Shown here: positions 39,049 through 46,929 of the stretch, piece after piece
Layout of the letters: each line of letters starts with the position of its first letter
How positions within the stretch are numbered: position 1 is the stretch's first letter
DNA from: a virus
Taxonomy: Duplodnaviria; Caudoviricetes
Strand: one strand, 5' to 3'
DNA length: 48,007 nucleotides
Virus record (IMG/VR): IMGVR_UViG_3300022178_000593
Coordinates: 1-48,007 of that record
Position numbers and translations under genes: made by a program
Notes under the pieces: generated by a model
What the model saw: only the letters and a program-made list of their open reading frames with translations
Told to the model about the DNA's origin: nothing
Databases searched by the model: none

Positions 39049-39851
39049 TATCTTAAAGCTTTGCCAAAACCTCTTTTAGCTGCACCAACTCCTCTTCTTG
39101 AAGATTTTTTAGGCTTGCTACTGTTTAGCATACCGCCTCCAGACATAAAAGTTATGTTTGGAGTTGTTTGAGTTTGTTTTTTAGTAGCTTTTTTCTTAGG
39201 CTTTCTAACGAAATCAATAAGTCCTTTATCGCCACCGAACTTTTTATCTTTACCTAAAAGAACTCTTTTAACTGCATTAATTACAGGTCTTTTTCTTTTT
39301 TTGTTTGTGTCTGTAGATTTATTGGCTGTTACTTTCTTTGCACCACCAGCTTTGTTATAAGCAGCTAAAGTTGAATAACCTTTTCTTTTAAGATCATCCT
39401 TAGTTACAGCAGTGTATTTTTTACCATTGTGAGTAAATAAAGTTGCTTCACCCTTAGCTCTAGCTTTTCTAAAAGCATCATCAAATGATTCTCCTTTGTT
39501 TTTTCTTGTTCCTTTGCTACCTGCTATGCCAGCTGTTACTCCTGCTATACCAGCTGTTATTGGAGCCACTCCTGGAACTTTACGTTTAGGTACTGGTACT
39601 GCTTTGTTTGCAGGACTTGTTTTCTTAGGTGGGGTTTTAGTTTTAGCGGTTTGATTTCTTACCTGTGCTTTTGGACTAGGTTTAGGTTTAGTTACAGATT
39701 TACTAGCAGGGTTCTGCATAGTGCCAACTCTTGTTCCTGGAGCTGGCTGTCCTTGTGCTATACGCTGTTTTGGTGCCTTTGGTTTTGGCTTTGGTTTTGG
39801 CTTTGGTTTAATAGTCTTTGCTATTTTTTTTGCTATTACTTTTTTTACCAT
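39048..39851 (-). CDS. Histone-H1-like Lys/Pro-rich protein
   Basis: Start MVKKV after a GGAG SD; (KP)n tract; F..AF..AR..G...FT..GK.Y motif; C-terminal RGVGAAKRG. Confidence 0.6.
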   Translation of the reverse strand: MVKKVIAKKIAKTIKPKPKPKPKPKAPKQRIAQGQPAPGTRVGTMQNPASKSVTKPKPSPKAQVRNQTAKTKTPPKKTSPANKAVPVPKRKVPGVAPITAGIAGVTAGIAGSKGTRKNKGESFDDAFRKARAKGEATLFTHNGKKYTAVTKDDLKRKGYSTLAAYNKAGGAKKVTANKSTDTNKKRKRPVINAVKRVLLGKDKKFGGDKGLIDFVRKPKKKATKKQTQTTPNITFMSGGGMLNSSKPKKSSRRGVGAAKRGFGKALR

Positions 39852-39861
39852 GTTATTACTC

Positions 39862-41334
39862 CTAATAATATATTCGTTGTCTAGGGACTGGCTCATCGTC
39901 TTCCTCGTCTGAGTCCAATCTTATAAAATTACCTTGACGAAATCTTAGTATAGCCTGTGTTGTTGAATCTACAAAATCATCATGCTCTCCAAATGGGAAA
40001 GCCGCACATTCTTCTATCACTTCTTCTGCGAAGATCGTATCTGGAGCCCAAACCATACCTGCTTCAAACACTGGCGAAGCTGAATGTACACGAGTAACTT
40101 TGTCTCTTCCTTTAGTCGGGCGATAGTTCACAACTGGGATCCCCATCATCCTCAACTCATGCGTCAAAGGTGTACCACTTGCTTGAGATTCTACCAACAC
40201 TATGTCAGGTTGCCAAGACATAAATTCATCGTAGGCTGTTGACTTTAATTCTGGAAAGTCCCAGCGTCCTTTTCTAGCATCGAGCAAGATAATAGATTCA
40301 GGAGCACCATCGCTAGGACGGAACACGCCCCATGTGGTAATCGCAGAATAGTCAGCTGTCTCCTTAGAACTAAACGCGGTATCGTAGGACTGTAATATGT
40401 AAGTGGTATTGGGCGGTTCATCGTGTTCCCATTTCTGCCACCAGTCTCGCTTAAGCAAAGCACCCTCTTCACTGGTAGGATTCTGCATATACTGAGCATT
40501 CCACTTAGATATAGGGATCGAAGCCTTAACAGACTCCAGCTCCTCAATCTTCCAAAACTCGGGCCATAAAGGTGTATTATCTTCTAATATCGCAGGTAAT
40601 TCTAAAATATCCCACTGATCTGCGTGGTCTTCTGACATTCTTTTGATGAGCTTCTCAGTAAGATCAAGCGTACTCCAACGCGTCATAACAATAACTATAA
40701 TTCCGCCAGGCTGTAAACGCTGTCGCGGCCCCGAGGTGTACCACTCGTATGCAGACTCTAGTGCGGAGGGTGAGAGGGCATCCTGTTCCGAATGAGGATC
40801 GTCAATGATAAGGAGGTCAGCACCTCTTCCCGTAATTGCTCCACCGACTCCCGCTGCGAAATATTCGCCGCCATGGTTGGTTTCCCATCTTCCTGCTGAC
40901 TTACTATCGGCTGAGAGTCTGACTTTTTCGAAGATCTGTTTGTACTCATCGGTATCCATAAGGTTTCTAACCTTACGTCCAAAACGGGCAGATAATTCTG
41001 CCGTATGGGTAGTTTGCATTATTTTCATGTCAGGATGCAAGCCCATGATCCAACTCGGAAAGAATACAGATGCGAACTCAGACTTGGTATGACGCGGCGG
41101 CATGTTGACTATGAGCCTCTTGGTCTTACCCATGGCTACGCTTTCTAGCTTCTTAGCGAAGAGTTTGTGATGTTCGCCCTCGATGAAGCCATCCCATACA
41201 TGCTTGACGTATTCGATGAAGTCTGTGTGTGCAGCATTGCTGACTTCCATCTGCTTTAAACGATTTTGTATCATGACCATCTCTTTTAGAGCGGCATCTG
41301 GTACGTGTTCTAGTTTAGTTTTTTTATTAGGCAT
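39862..41334 (-). CDS. terL: Terminase large subunit
   Basis: Walker A-like MPPRHTKS, Walker B LLIIDDP, nuclease YDTA...DYSA and HDDFVDS. Confidence 0.95.
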   Translation of the reverse strand: MPNKKTKLEHVPDAALKEMVMIQNRLKQMEVSNAAHTDFIEYVKHVWDGFIEGEHHKLFAKKLESVAMGKTKRLIVNMPPRHTKSEFASVFFPSWIMGLHPDMKIMQTTHTAELSARFGRKVRNLMDTDEYKQIFEKVRLSADSKSAGRWETNHGGEYFAAGVGGAITGRGADLLIIDDPHSEQDALSPSALESAYEWYTSGPRQRLQPGGIIVIVMTRWSTLDLTEKLIKRMSEDHADQWDILELPAILEDNTPLWPEFWKIEELESVKASIPISKWNAQYMQNPTSEEGALLKRDWWQKWEHDEPPNTTYILQSYDTAFSSKETADYSAITTWGVFRPSDGAPESIILLDARKGRWDFPELKSTAYDEFMSWQPDIVLVESQASGTPLTHELRMMGIPVVNYRPTKGRDKVTRVHSASPVFEAGMVWAPDTIFAEEVIEECAAFPFGEHDDFVDSTTQAILRFRQGNFIRLDSDEEDDEPVPRQRIYY

Positions 41335-41572
41335 CTCAAAATGTTTCTCTCCATGTGAAATATGGTACCTCATTATGGTACCTAATTAAAGCAAGGGGGG
41401 GGTGAAATGGTTTAGAGGCTAATTATTTATGTTGATAGTTATTTATATACTCAAAAAAAAATCGCCACGCCCCTATATGTGGGGGTACCCCCTAAGCAAA
41501 ACGCGACTTCAAAAAACGAGATTCAACCCAATAGAGTCCCATAAATTAATTTACATTAATGTGTGTAAAGTG

Positions 41573-41601
41573 TAGATAATGTGTGCAAAATAATATACAA
41601 T
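41573..41601 (+). promoter_or_regulatory. Candidate early promoter 1
   Basis: TAGATA-17-TACAAT with AATGTGTGCAA in the spacer. Confidence 0.5.
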
Positions 41602-41653
41602 CTATTATATAGATTGGTAGCAATTAAGCTGCTAACTAAATGGAGAACTTAAT

Positions 41654-41833
41654 ATGAGTAAAACATATAACGAGGATTACTTTAACAACCTCGATAAAAA
41701 TGAAAAAGAACAAGAGCAAATTAATGCTCTTGATGATTGGCAAAACGGCAACTTAATTAACAATGATGTTCTTAACAAGATGTCATTAAAAGAATTAGAG
41801 AGAGTTGCCAAAATACTAGAGGGAATTAAATAA
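41654..41833 (+). CDS. Small early protein (59 aa), not in ORF track
   Basis: GGAGA SD, MSKTYNEDYF...; TAATG-coupled to the next gene. Confidence 0.7.
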   Translation: MSKTYNEDYFNNLDKNEKEQEQINALDDWQNGNLINNDVLNKMSLKELERVAKILEGIK

Positions 41834-42195
41834 TGCAACAGTTAGAACTATACCAAAGACTAGGCATTAGAAAATCTTACCTAGAAAGTATGTCGAAAGA
41901 TGTACAAGAATTTGTAGAAATACAAAGAGCACAGAAACAATTGCTTAATGCAATACGCAATGAAATCAAGCCACATCTTATAGTGAAAGATAGTGGCTTA
42001 GGTCTTAGACATAGCATGAAGCATTGGAGCGAAGTATCACATTTACATCTTGATAAAGACAAGAAAAGATTTAGATGTGTCATGAACTATAAGAAAACTA
42101 TGGCTAATATATCAATTAGTTATAGACCATCTTATGAAGTACAACCTACATTCTCAATGAAGGTTGATAATATTATAACTAAGAGAGGGGCGTAA
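41833..42195 (+). CDS. Hypothetical early protein
   Basis: 120 aa, coupled to the previous ORF. Confidence 0.6.
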   Translation: MQQLELYQRLGIRKSYLESMSKDVQEFVEIQRAQKQLLNAIRNEIKPHLIVKDSGLGLRHSMKHWSEVSHLHLDKDKKRFRCVMNYKKTMANISISYRPSYEVQPTFSMKVDNIITKRGA

Positions 42196-42220
42196 GCCTC
42201 TCTCTGATCTGGAGAACTAT

Positions 42221-42529
42221 ATGAACTATGAAACTTACGAAGATACTAAGCTCACTTGCGAACAAGTGAACGGCAAGTATTTTGATCTGAAATTGAAAGT
42301 AAAATCATCTTTATCTTATCTAAAGAAATACAACGGGCAAATATGCAAGTTAGAAATCTTTATGTGGGAATCTGATGACAACCATATCGACTACACATAT
42401 TTCTTAAATAAGAATGAAGTGGACGGCGGCCAGCTTAGACCATGCGGTGATATGTTTGAAGATGAGATAGGCGACTTCGAATATGATGTGCTAGTCAAGG
42501 ACATCATCACCGAGGTGTATACACAATGA
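42221..42529 (+). CDS. Hypothetical early protein
   Basis: GGAGA SD; acidic, 102 aa. Confidence 0.6.
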   Translation: MNYETYEDTKLTCEQVNGKYFDLKLKVKSSLSYLKKYNGQICKLEIFMWESDDNHIDYTYFLNKNEVDGGQLRPCGDMFEDEIGDFEYDVLVKDIITEVYTQ

Positions 42530-42822
42530 GTCTTAGATTAGAGAAAGCAATTACCAATTTAAAAAACAATTGGTATGAAGATGAACTTAACAACTACGCC
42601 GAGTCATTCGGCGTAGATAATCCCGAGTGTATACCTTTAGATGATTTACAAGAAAGCAACTACAAGGATTTAAGAACTCTTATCAGTTGCCAAGATGAAG
42701 TAAATCTAATGCAAAAAGATAAAGATATCCTTGCTGATTATATAGAAATACTTTGGGAATACATATCCAATAAAGATATACCCGAAATTATGTCAAGATA
42801 TGAACAATTAGAAGAAAATTAA
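42526..42822 (+). CDS. Acidic hypothetical early protein
   Basis: GAGGT SD; ATGA overlap. Confidence 0.6.
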   Translation: MSLRLEKAITNLKNNWYEDELNNYAESFGVDNPECIPLDDLQESNYKDLRTLISCQDEVNLMQKDKDILADYIEILWEYISNKDIPEIMSRYEQLEEN

Positions 42823-42845
42823 AATAGGACTGGGGGCCTAACATG

Positions 42846-42870
42846 GGGAGCTGAGAAGCTCCCTTTTTTT
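42846..42870 (+). terminator. Intrinsic terminator
   Basis: GGGAGCT-GAGA-AGCTCCC followed by T7. Confidence 0.9.
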
Positions 42871-42880
42871 ATTCCTGGAT

Positions 42881-42964
42881 TTTTGATCTACGCAATCGGA
42901 CGCACATTTATTTTAGTACGCAATAGGTCGCAAAGTTTTTGATCTACGCAGGAGGCCGCAAGTT
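42881..42964 (+). repeat. Three 28-bp degenerate tandem units, each with CGCA-N6-CGCA
   Basis: CGCA at 42891, 42901, 42919, 42929, 42947 and 42957; TTTTGATCTACGCA exact twice. Confidence 0.85.
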
Positions 42965-43001
42965 TCCGATCCGATCAGATATCCAGCAGATCATTCAATG
43001 C

Positions 43002-43029
43002 TTGTAATGTGTAGGTAAAATGCTATAAT
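43002..43029 (+). promoter_or_regulatory. Candidate early promoter 2
   Basis: TTGTAA-16-TATAAT with extended -10 TG; AATGTGT motif. Confidence 0.65.
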
Positions 43030-43071
43030 TAAATCTGTTAAATAATAAGCGAAAGCAGGAGAACTTAACAA

Positions 43072-43491
43072 ATGGAACAAGAAAAAAAATGTGCTGATCT
43101 AGTACAAGAAAAATTCAATGAGACTGAAGCAGATTTTAAAGCTGCATCAGAATTTTTTGAAGCAATGGAAGAAGCAACAGAAGGAGAGAAAATAGCTCTG
43201 ATTGCTGTTGATAAACACAAAGGCAACTATTACCACGAATATGAGGATCTATTTGATTATGTAAATCAAACGGCGTTAAGTTGGGATCATGTAGAAGCTG
43301 ACGGTAAAAACGCTGGATATTATAGGATTCAGTTTTCTTGGGGTGGGCCTAGTGATGAATGCAGGATCTATTCTAACCTTACTGAATATTGGTATATGGA
43401 TTGGTTTGATGGTGCTTGTGTAGAAGTTCCTGAAGATTCATACACGGCCATGATCTGTAATATGCTTTACGATTGTTCAGAGGTGGCATAA
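43072..43491 (+). CDS. Acidic phage early protein
   Basis: AGGAG SD; SWGGPSDE and Y.DWFDG motifs. Confidence 0.65.
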   Translation: MEQEKKCADLVQEKFNETEADFKAASEFFEAMEEATEGEKIALIAVDKHKGNYYHEYEDLFDYVNQTALSWDHVEADGKNAGYYRIQFSWGGPSDECRIYSNLTEYWYMDWFDGACVEVPEDSYTAMICNMLYDCSEVA

Positions 43492-43661
43492 TGAAGGATC
43501 TAAAAATCGGAACTATCAATGGGATCATGGCGGCATTAGCTGTCATGGTTCCGATCACATTAACAGGTCATTATGTAGCTATCATTCCAGCAGTCGCAAT
43601 TTTTATATGCGGAGCTGTATTCGGGATCTGCGTTCTGATCTTTTTTAAGGGGGATGAATGA
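43491..43661 (+). CDS. Small two-TM membrane protein
   Basis: Start MKDLK by TAATG coupling; two hydrophobic segments. Confidence 0.55.
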   Translation: MKDLKIGTINGIMAALAVMVPITLTGHYVAIIPAVAIFICGAVFGICVLIFFKGDE

Positions 43662-43747
43662 GAAACTTTACAATTTCCAGGCGGGGTAGTATCATTCGCC
43701 ATGTCTATATCCATAGACTTTAAGTTCTCCAAAACTTAGATACATTG

Positions 43748-43774
43748 AAGGGGGCCGCAAGGCCCTCTTTTTTT
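43748..43774 (+). terminator. Intrinsic terminator
   Basis: GGGGGCC-GCAA-GGCCCTC followed by T7. Confidence 0.88.
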
Positions 43775-43790
43775 ATGTCTGATTTTTTTT

Positions 43791-43901
43791 TTACGCAATG
43801 GATCGCAAATTCTTTAGGACGCACAAGCTCGCAAAAGATCATATCCGATTTTTTAGCTGGCTCGCAAAAAGTTATGATCCATTAACACACCACAGGACGC
43901 A
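43791..43901 (+). repeat. Second CGCA-N6-CGCA array
   Basis: CGCA pairs at 43794/43804 and 43820/43830, singles at 43863 and 43898. Confidence 0.75.
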
Positions 43902-44004
43902 AAAATTTTGGCAATGTGTGGGTAAGATGTGGTTTTTGAGAATAATAAGTGTTTATCTAATGTTTTTTTTATCTTCTGTTATCTTATAAAGTGTGTGTAT
44001 ATAG

Positions 44005-44032
44005 TTGAAAATGTGTGCAATAAGAGTATAAT
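44005..44032 (+). promoter_or_regulatory. Candidate early promoter 3
   Basis: TTGAAA-16-TATAAT with AATGTGTGCAA. Confidence 0.65.
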
Positions 44033-44065
44033 TAGTGAGTATCATAAATAAAAAGGAGAACAAAT

Positions 44066-44446
44066 ATGACACGATTAAAATTTAATTCTAACAAGTCTTT
44101 AGTCAAGCTGGCTAAGGAAACTATCAAAGCTAGTAATTTCCAAGTAGCTTATAGAGATAAATACACAACAGATAAATCTTTCTATCTTGTAAAAGATGAT
44201 GGTATTTATTTAATGAACGCTTATCAAACACCAAAAGATAAGACACCAAAAACTAATAGCACAGTTGTCTATGCTAGTGGATTCAATCCTAAATATAACA
44301 AAGATGTTTGGGAAGATTCATATCTAGTAAGTAGAGATGACTTTGCTTTCAACTTACATTTAGAAGATGACCAACTAGAAAGAATTGCCAATGGTGGTTC
44401 TATTGAAGTTGGTTTAAGTGAAGATGAATATTCAGTGAGGGCGTAA
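44066..44446 (+). CDS. DUF3085-like protein
   Basis: LVKDDGIYLM, VYA.G.NP and DDF motifs. Confidence 0.7.
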   Translation: MTRLKFNSNKSLVKLAKETIKASNFQVAYRDKYTTDKSFYLVKDDGIYLMNAYQTPKDKTPKTNSTVVYASGFNPKYNKDVWEDSYLVSRDDFAFNLHLEDDQLERIANGGSIEVGLSEDEYSVRA

Positions 44447-44628
44447 TGGATATAACTAAACAAGACTTAAAAGAATTTGTTGTGAGAAGAATCACAACCA
44501 TAGTAGAGGAAACAGTTGTCATGGCTACTAATTGGGAACAAGCAGAAGATTTAGCCATTGATAATTGTGATGATATTAAATGGGAACATATAAGCGACCA
44601 TGAAACTATAGACGCTGAGGAGGTGTAG
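44446..44628 (+). CDS. Small acidic early protein
   Basis: Coupled ORF with V.A...EQAE..A pattern. Confidence 0.55.
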   Translation: MDITKQDLKEFVVRRITTIVEETVVMATNWEQAEDLAIDNCDDIKWEHISDHETIDAEEV

Positions 44629-44630
44629 CA

Positions 44631-44939
44631 ATGGGACTAACTTTAGTAAACGAAATGCCAAAGGCAAAGAAGAAATACACAAGAGATGAATTAGAAGTAG
44701 GGTTTAAAAGGTTTAACAAACTTGCACAGAAACTCTACAAGCTAAACAATTTAGGAAAAAAATCTGAACCATGGCATTGGAAAGATGAACAAGAAGCAAT
44801 AATCATGAAGAAAGATTTTGACCTAATGGACGAAGCAGTTGGTTATTTTTGTGGTAGCCACTTAGAAGTCGAAGAAAAAATAACACCATATAGACTGCAT
44901 GTTTACAGTGCAGGATATTGGATAAATATAGGAGCATAG
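44631..44939 (+). CDS. Hypothetical early protein
   Basis: GGAGG SD; WKD...A...F.G...GY pattern. Confidence 0.6.
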   Translation: MGLTLVNEMPKAKKKYTRDELEVGFKRFNKLAQKLYKLNNLGKKSEPWHWKDEQEAIIMKKDFDLMDEAVGYFCGSHLEVEEKITPYRLHVYSAGYWINIGA

Positions 44940-44940
44940 A

Positions 44941-45093
44941 ATGGATATAGAACATTCAAAACTTGAAAGCATACATTGTGCATTACAAGAACTACAACAG
45001 GAGTTTAATATTCCTAATGATCATGAGCATTTAGAAAATGCTTTTAAATTTACAGAAGATTTAAGAGAGAAATATTTAAAGGAGCAAGACTAA
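44941..45093 (+). CDS. Small early protein (50 aa), not in ORF track
   Basis: AGGAG SD; MDIEHSK...; fills the gap. Confidence 0.6.
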   Translation: MDIEHSKLESIHCALQELQQEFNIPNDHEHLENAFKFTEDLREKYLKEQD

Positions 45094-45200
45094 TGATTGA
45101 AGAACTACTAGATAAATACCATGTAGACGATTTTGATGATCTATTAATTGAGATTATCAAACAAATGCAAGAACAAAAAGAAACTAGGGAGCAAGACTAA
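45093..45200 (+). CDS. Very small early protein (35 aa), not in ORF track
   Basis: MIEELLDKY...; SD and TAATG coupling on both sides; flanked by a 16-bp direct repeat. Confidence 0.55.
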   Translation: MIEELLDKYHVDDFDDLLIEIIKQMQEQKETREQD

Positions 45201-45511
45201 TGAATACATATATATTAAAAATAAGGGGTGGCTTGGAGTTCGATATTCAAGCCAAAGACTTACTTGATCTACACTCGCAAATTAATCTTACCTTTATGAA
45301 TGAGCTGGGTTATTACCTAGATGATTTCATAAGCATAGAACTAAAGAAGCCAAACATGATAAGCGTATGCGAAGAATGTAGGACGCAATCATGGACTATG
45401 GAAGATGTAAATGGTCAACCAATTACTAACCATGCAGGAAAGGACGCATACTGTTTTAAGTGTGATGACTTTGCCCATGTCATTGAGATAGAGGAGGTAG
45501 TCAATGGATAG
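45200..45511 (+). CDS. Zn-ribbon early protein
   Basis: CEEC...CFKC. Confidence 0.6.
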   Translation: MNTYILKIRGGLEFDIQAKDLLDLHSQINLTFMNELGYYLDDFISIELKKPNMISVCEECRTQSWTMEDVNGQPITNHAGKDAYCFKCDDFAHVIEIEEVVNG

Positions 45512-46133
45512 AAGCAATATAAAAGTATTGGTTGCTTGTGAGTATAGTGGAACAGTAAGGGACGCATTCCTTGAACTAGGTTTTGACGCTTGGTCTTGCG
45601 ACATACTACCATGCGAAAGCGATATACAAGATAGACACTATGAGGGAGATGTCTTTGACATCTTGGATCAAGGTTGGGACTTAATGATAGGACACCCACC
45701 ATGTACTCATCTATCTGTTAGTGGAGCAAGGTGGTTTACTGAGGGTAAGAAACCAATGTATTTAAGAGATGAGGCTATTGAGTTTGTTCAGAAACTTATG
45801 GACGCACCAATCAAACACATAGCCATTGAGAATCCAGTTAGTGTTATCTCATCTTACATAAGGAAATCAGATCAAACGATTAACCCTTATCAGTTTGGAC
45901 ACAAAGAATACAAACGCACTTGCTTATGGCTAAAAGATTTACCCAAGCTGACTGAAACAGATAATGTTAAGGAAGCTACTGACAAACTACACCCTAAAGA
46001 AAAGCATAGGATTTGGTGGATAGGTAGTGGCAAGGGTAAAGAAAGGAGTATGTTCTACACAGGCATTGCTAAGGCCATGGCTGATCAATGGGGAACATAC
46101 ATAGAACAAAGTATCAACAAGGAGAATGACTAA
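45504..46133 (+). CDS. Short phage C5-cytosine DNA methyltransferase-like protein
   Basis: VLVACEYSG, WSCD, HPPCT (motif IV) and IENPV (motif VI). Confidence 0.8.
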   Translation: MDRSNIKVLVACEYSGTVRDAFLELGFDAWSCDILPCESDIQDRHYEGDVFDILDQGWDLMIGHPPCTHLSVSGARWFTEGKKPMYLRDEAIEFVQKLMDAPIKHIAIENPVSVISSYIRKSDQTINPYQFGHKEYKRTCLWLKDLPKLTETDNVKEATDKLHPKEKHRIWWIGSGKGKERSMFYTGIAKAMADQWGTYIEQSINKEND

Positions 46134-46432
46134 TGAGTTATAAAGAATGGGACAATTTTATTATGAGCATAGATAATGAAATTGATAAAAAAGTAATGGG
46201 CGAGGGTATTTATCTTACTACTGATAGTGGCGAGGGTTTGGGTTATTGGAACTCTTTAGTATTAAATGCGTTAGTAAATGAAATAGAAAAAGGCAATTTA
46301 GTTTTAAACGACTACAGCAAAGAAGATTTACGCAAGAGAGTTGAGGAATCTTATGCAGATTCCGATAGAGATTATTCTTTAAATGAACAAACTAAAACAT
46401 TTATTAAAGAGGTATCTAATGACAGAACATGA
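46133..46432 (+). CDS. Hypothetical protein
   Basis: SD and TAATG coupling. Confidence 0.55.
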   Translation: MSYKEWDNFIMSIDNEIDKKVMGEGIYLTTDSGEGLGYWNSLVLNALVNEIEKGNLVLNDYSKEDLRKRVEESYADSDRDYSLNEQTKTFIKEVSNDRT

Positions 46433-46712
46433 TCTAAAAGTAGAACGACAACGAACACTTATCAAGCTGGAGAAGTGGCGTAAAGAAATCAAGATGATCC
46501 TTGACGAAAAGAAAGATCCTGAAAAACCTTGGCAGTTTACCATTACATACAATGATGATAGCCAAGTAATTGAATGGTCTAACTCTAATCATAAGCAACA
46601 TATTCCTAGCCCACATAGTGAGGAGGATCTTATTGACATGATGAAAGGAGATGAACACGAAAGGCAAAGAAAATTATTTAACCAAAAAAGGAGAGAGAAC
46701 AATGGGATTTAA
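46419..46712 (+). CDS. Hypothetical protein
   Basis: Start reassigned to MTEHD after a GAGGT SD. Confidence 0.55.
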   Translation: MTEHDLKVERQRTLIKLEKWRKEIKMILDEKKDPEKPWQFTITYNDDSQVIEWSNSNHKQHIPSPHSEEDLIDMMKGDEHERQRKLFNQKRRENNGI

Positions 46713-46929
46713 AATAGAAAAAGATGTGCCACTAAAGAAAGCAAACTTTAGAACACCATTTACACAAGCACTCGATAAACTTTTAATCGGAGATACGATT
46801 ACAGGTTTAAGTAGAGATGAGGTCTACAAATACAGATCAAACTTCTACACAGCACACTTCAAGGATCGCAAGTTCCAATTCTGGAAGGACGCAACATCTA
46901 AAAGATATTGTGTGCAAAGGGTAAGCTAA
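46702..46929 (+). CDS. Small putative DNA-binding protein
   Basis: Start MGFKIEKDVPL after a GGAGAG SD; IEK.VP, L..GD and V.RV pattern. Confidence 0.5.
   Translation: MGFKIEKDVPLKKANFRTPFTQALDKLLIGDTITGLSRDEVYKYRSNFYTAHFKDRKFQFWKDATSKRYCVQRVS

Noticed and set aside
37421-40982. Same-strand alternative-frame ORFs inside the portal and terL genes
   Set aside because: No SD or recognisable motifs; explained by the locally higher GC.
5089-41389. Numerous plus-strand ORFs antisense to the late operon (e.g. 17545-17958, 22564-23007, 30615-31052, 35917-36391)
   Set aside because: Shadow frames of well-supported minus-strand genes; hydrophobic ones mirror Lys-rich codons.
42881-42964. Mini CRISPR array
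   Set aside because: Units are 28-bp degenerate tandem repeats with no spacer-length unique sequence.
43798-43989. 63-aa plus-strand ORF
   Set aside because: No SD, and it overlies the repeat array between a terminator and a promoter; probably non-coding.
41558-44032. CRP/cAMP boxes linking the cyclase to the early promoters
   Set aside because: The motif is TGTGT, not TGTGA, and there is no inverted half-site at CRP spacing.
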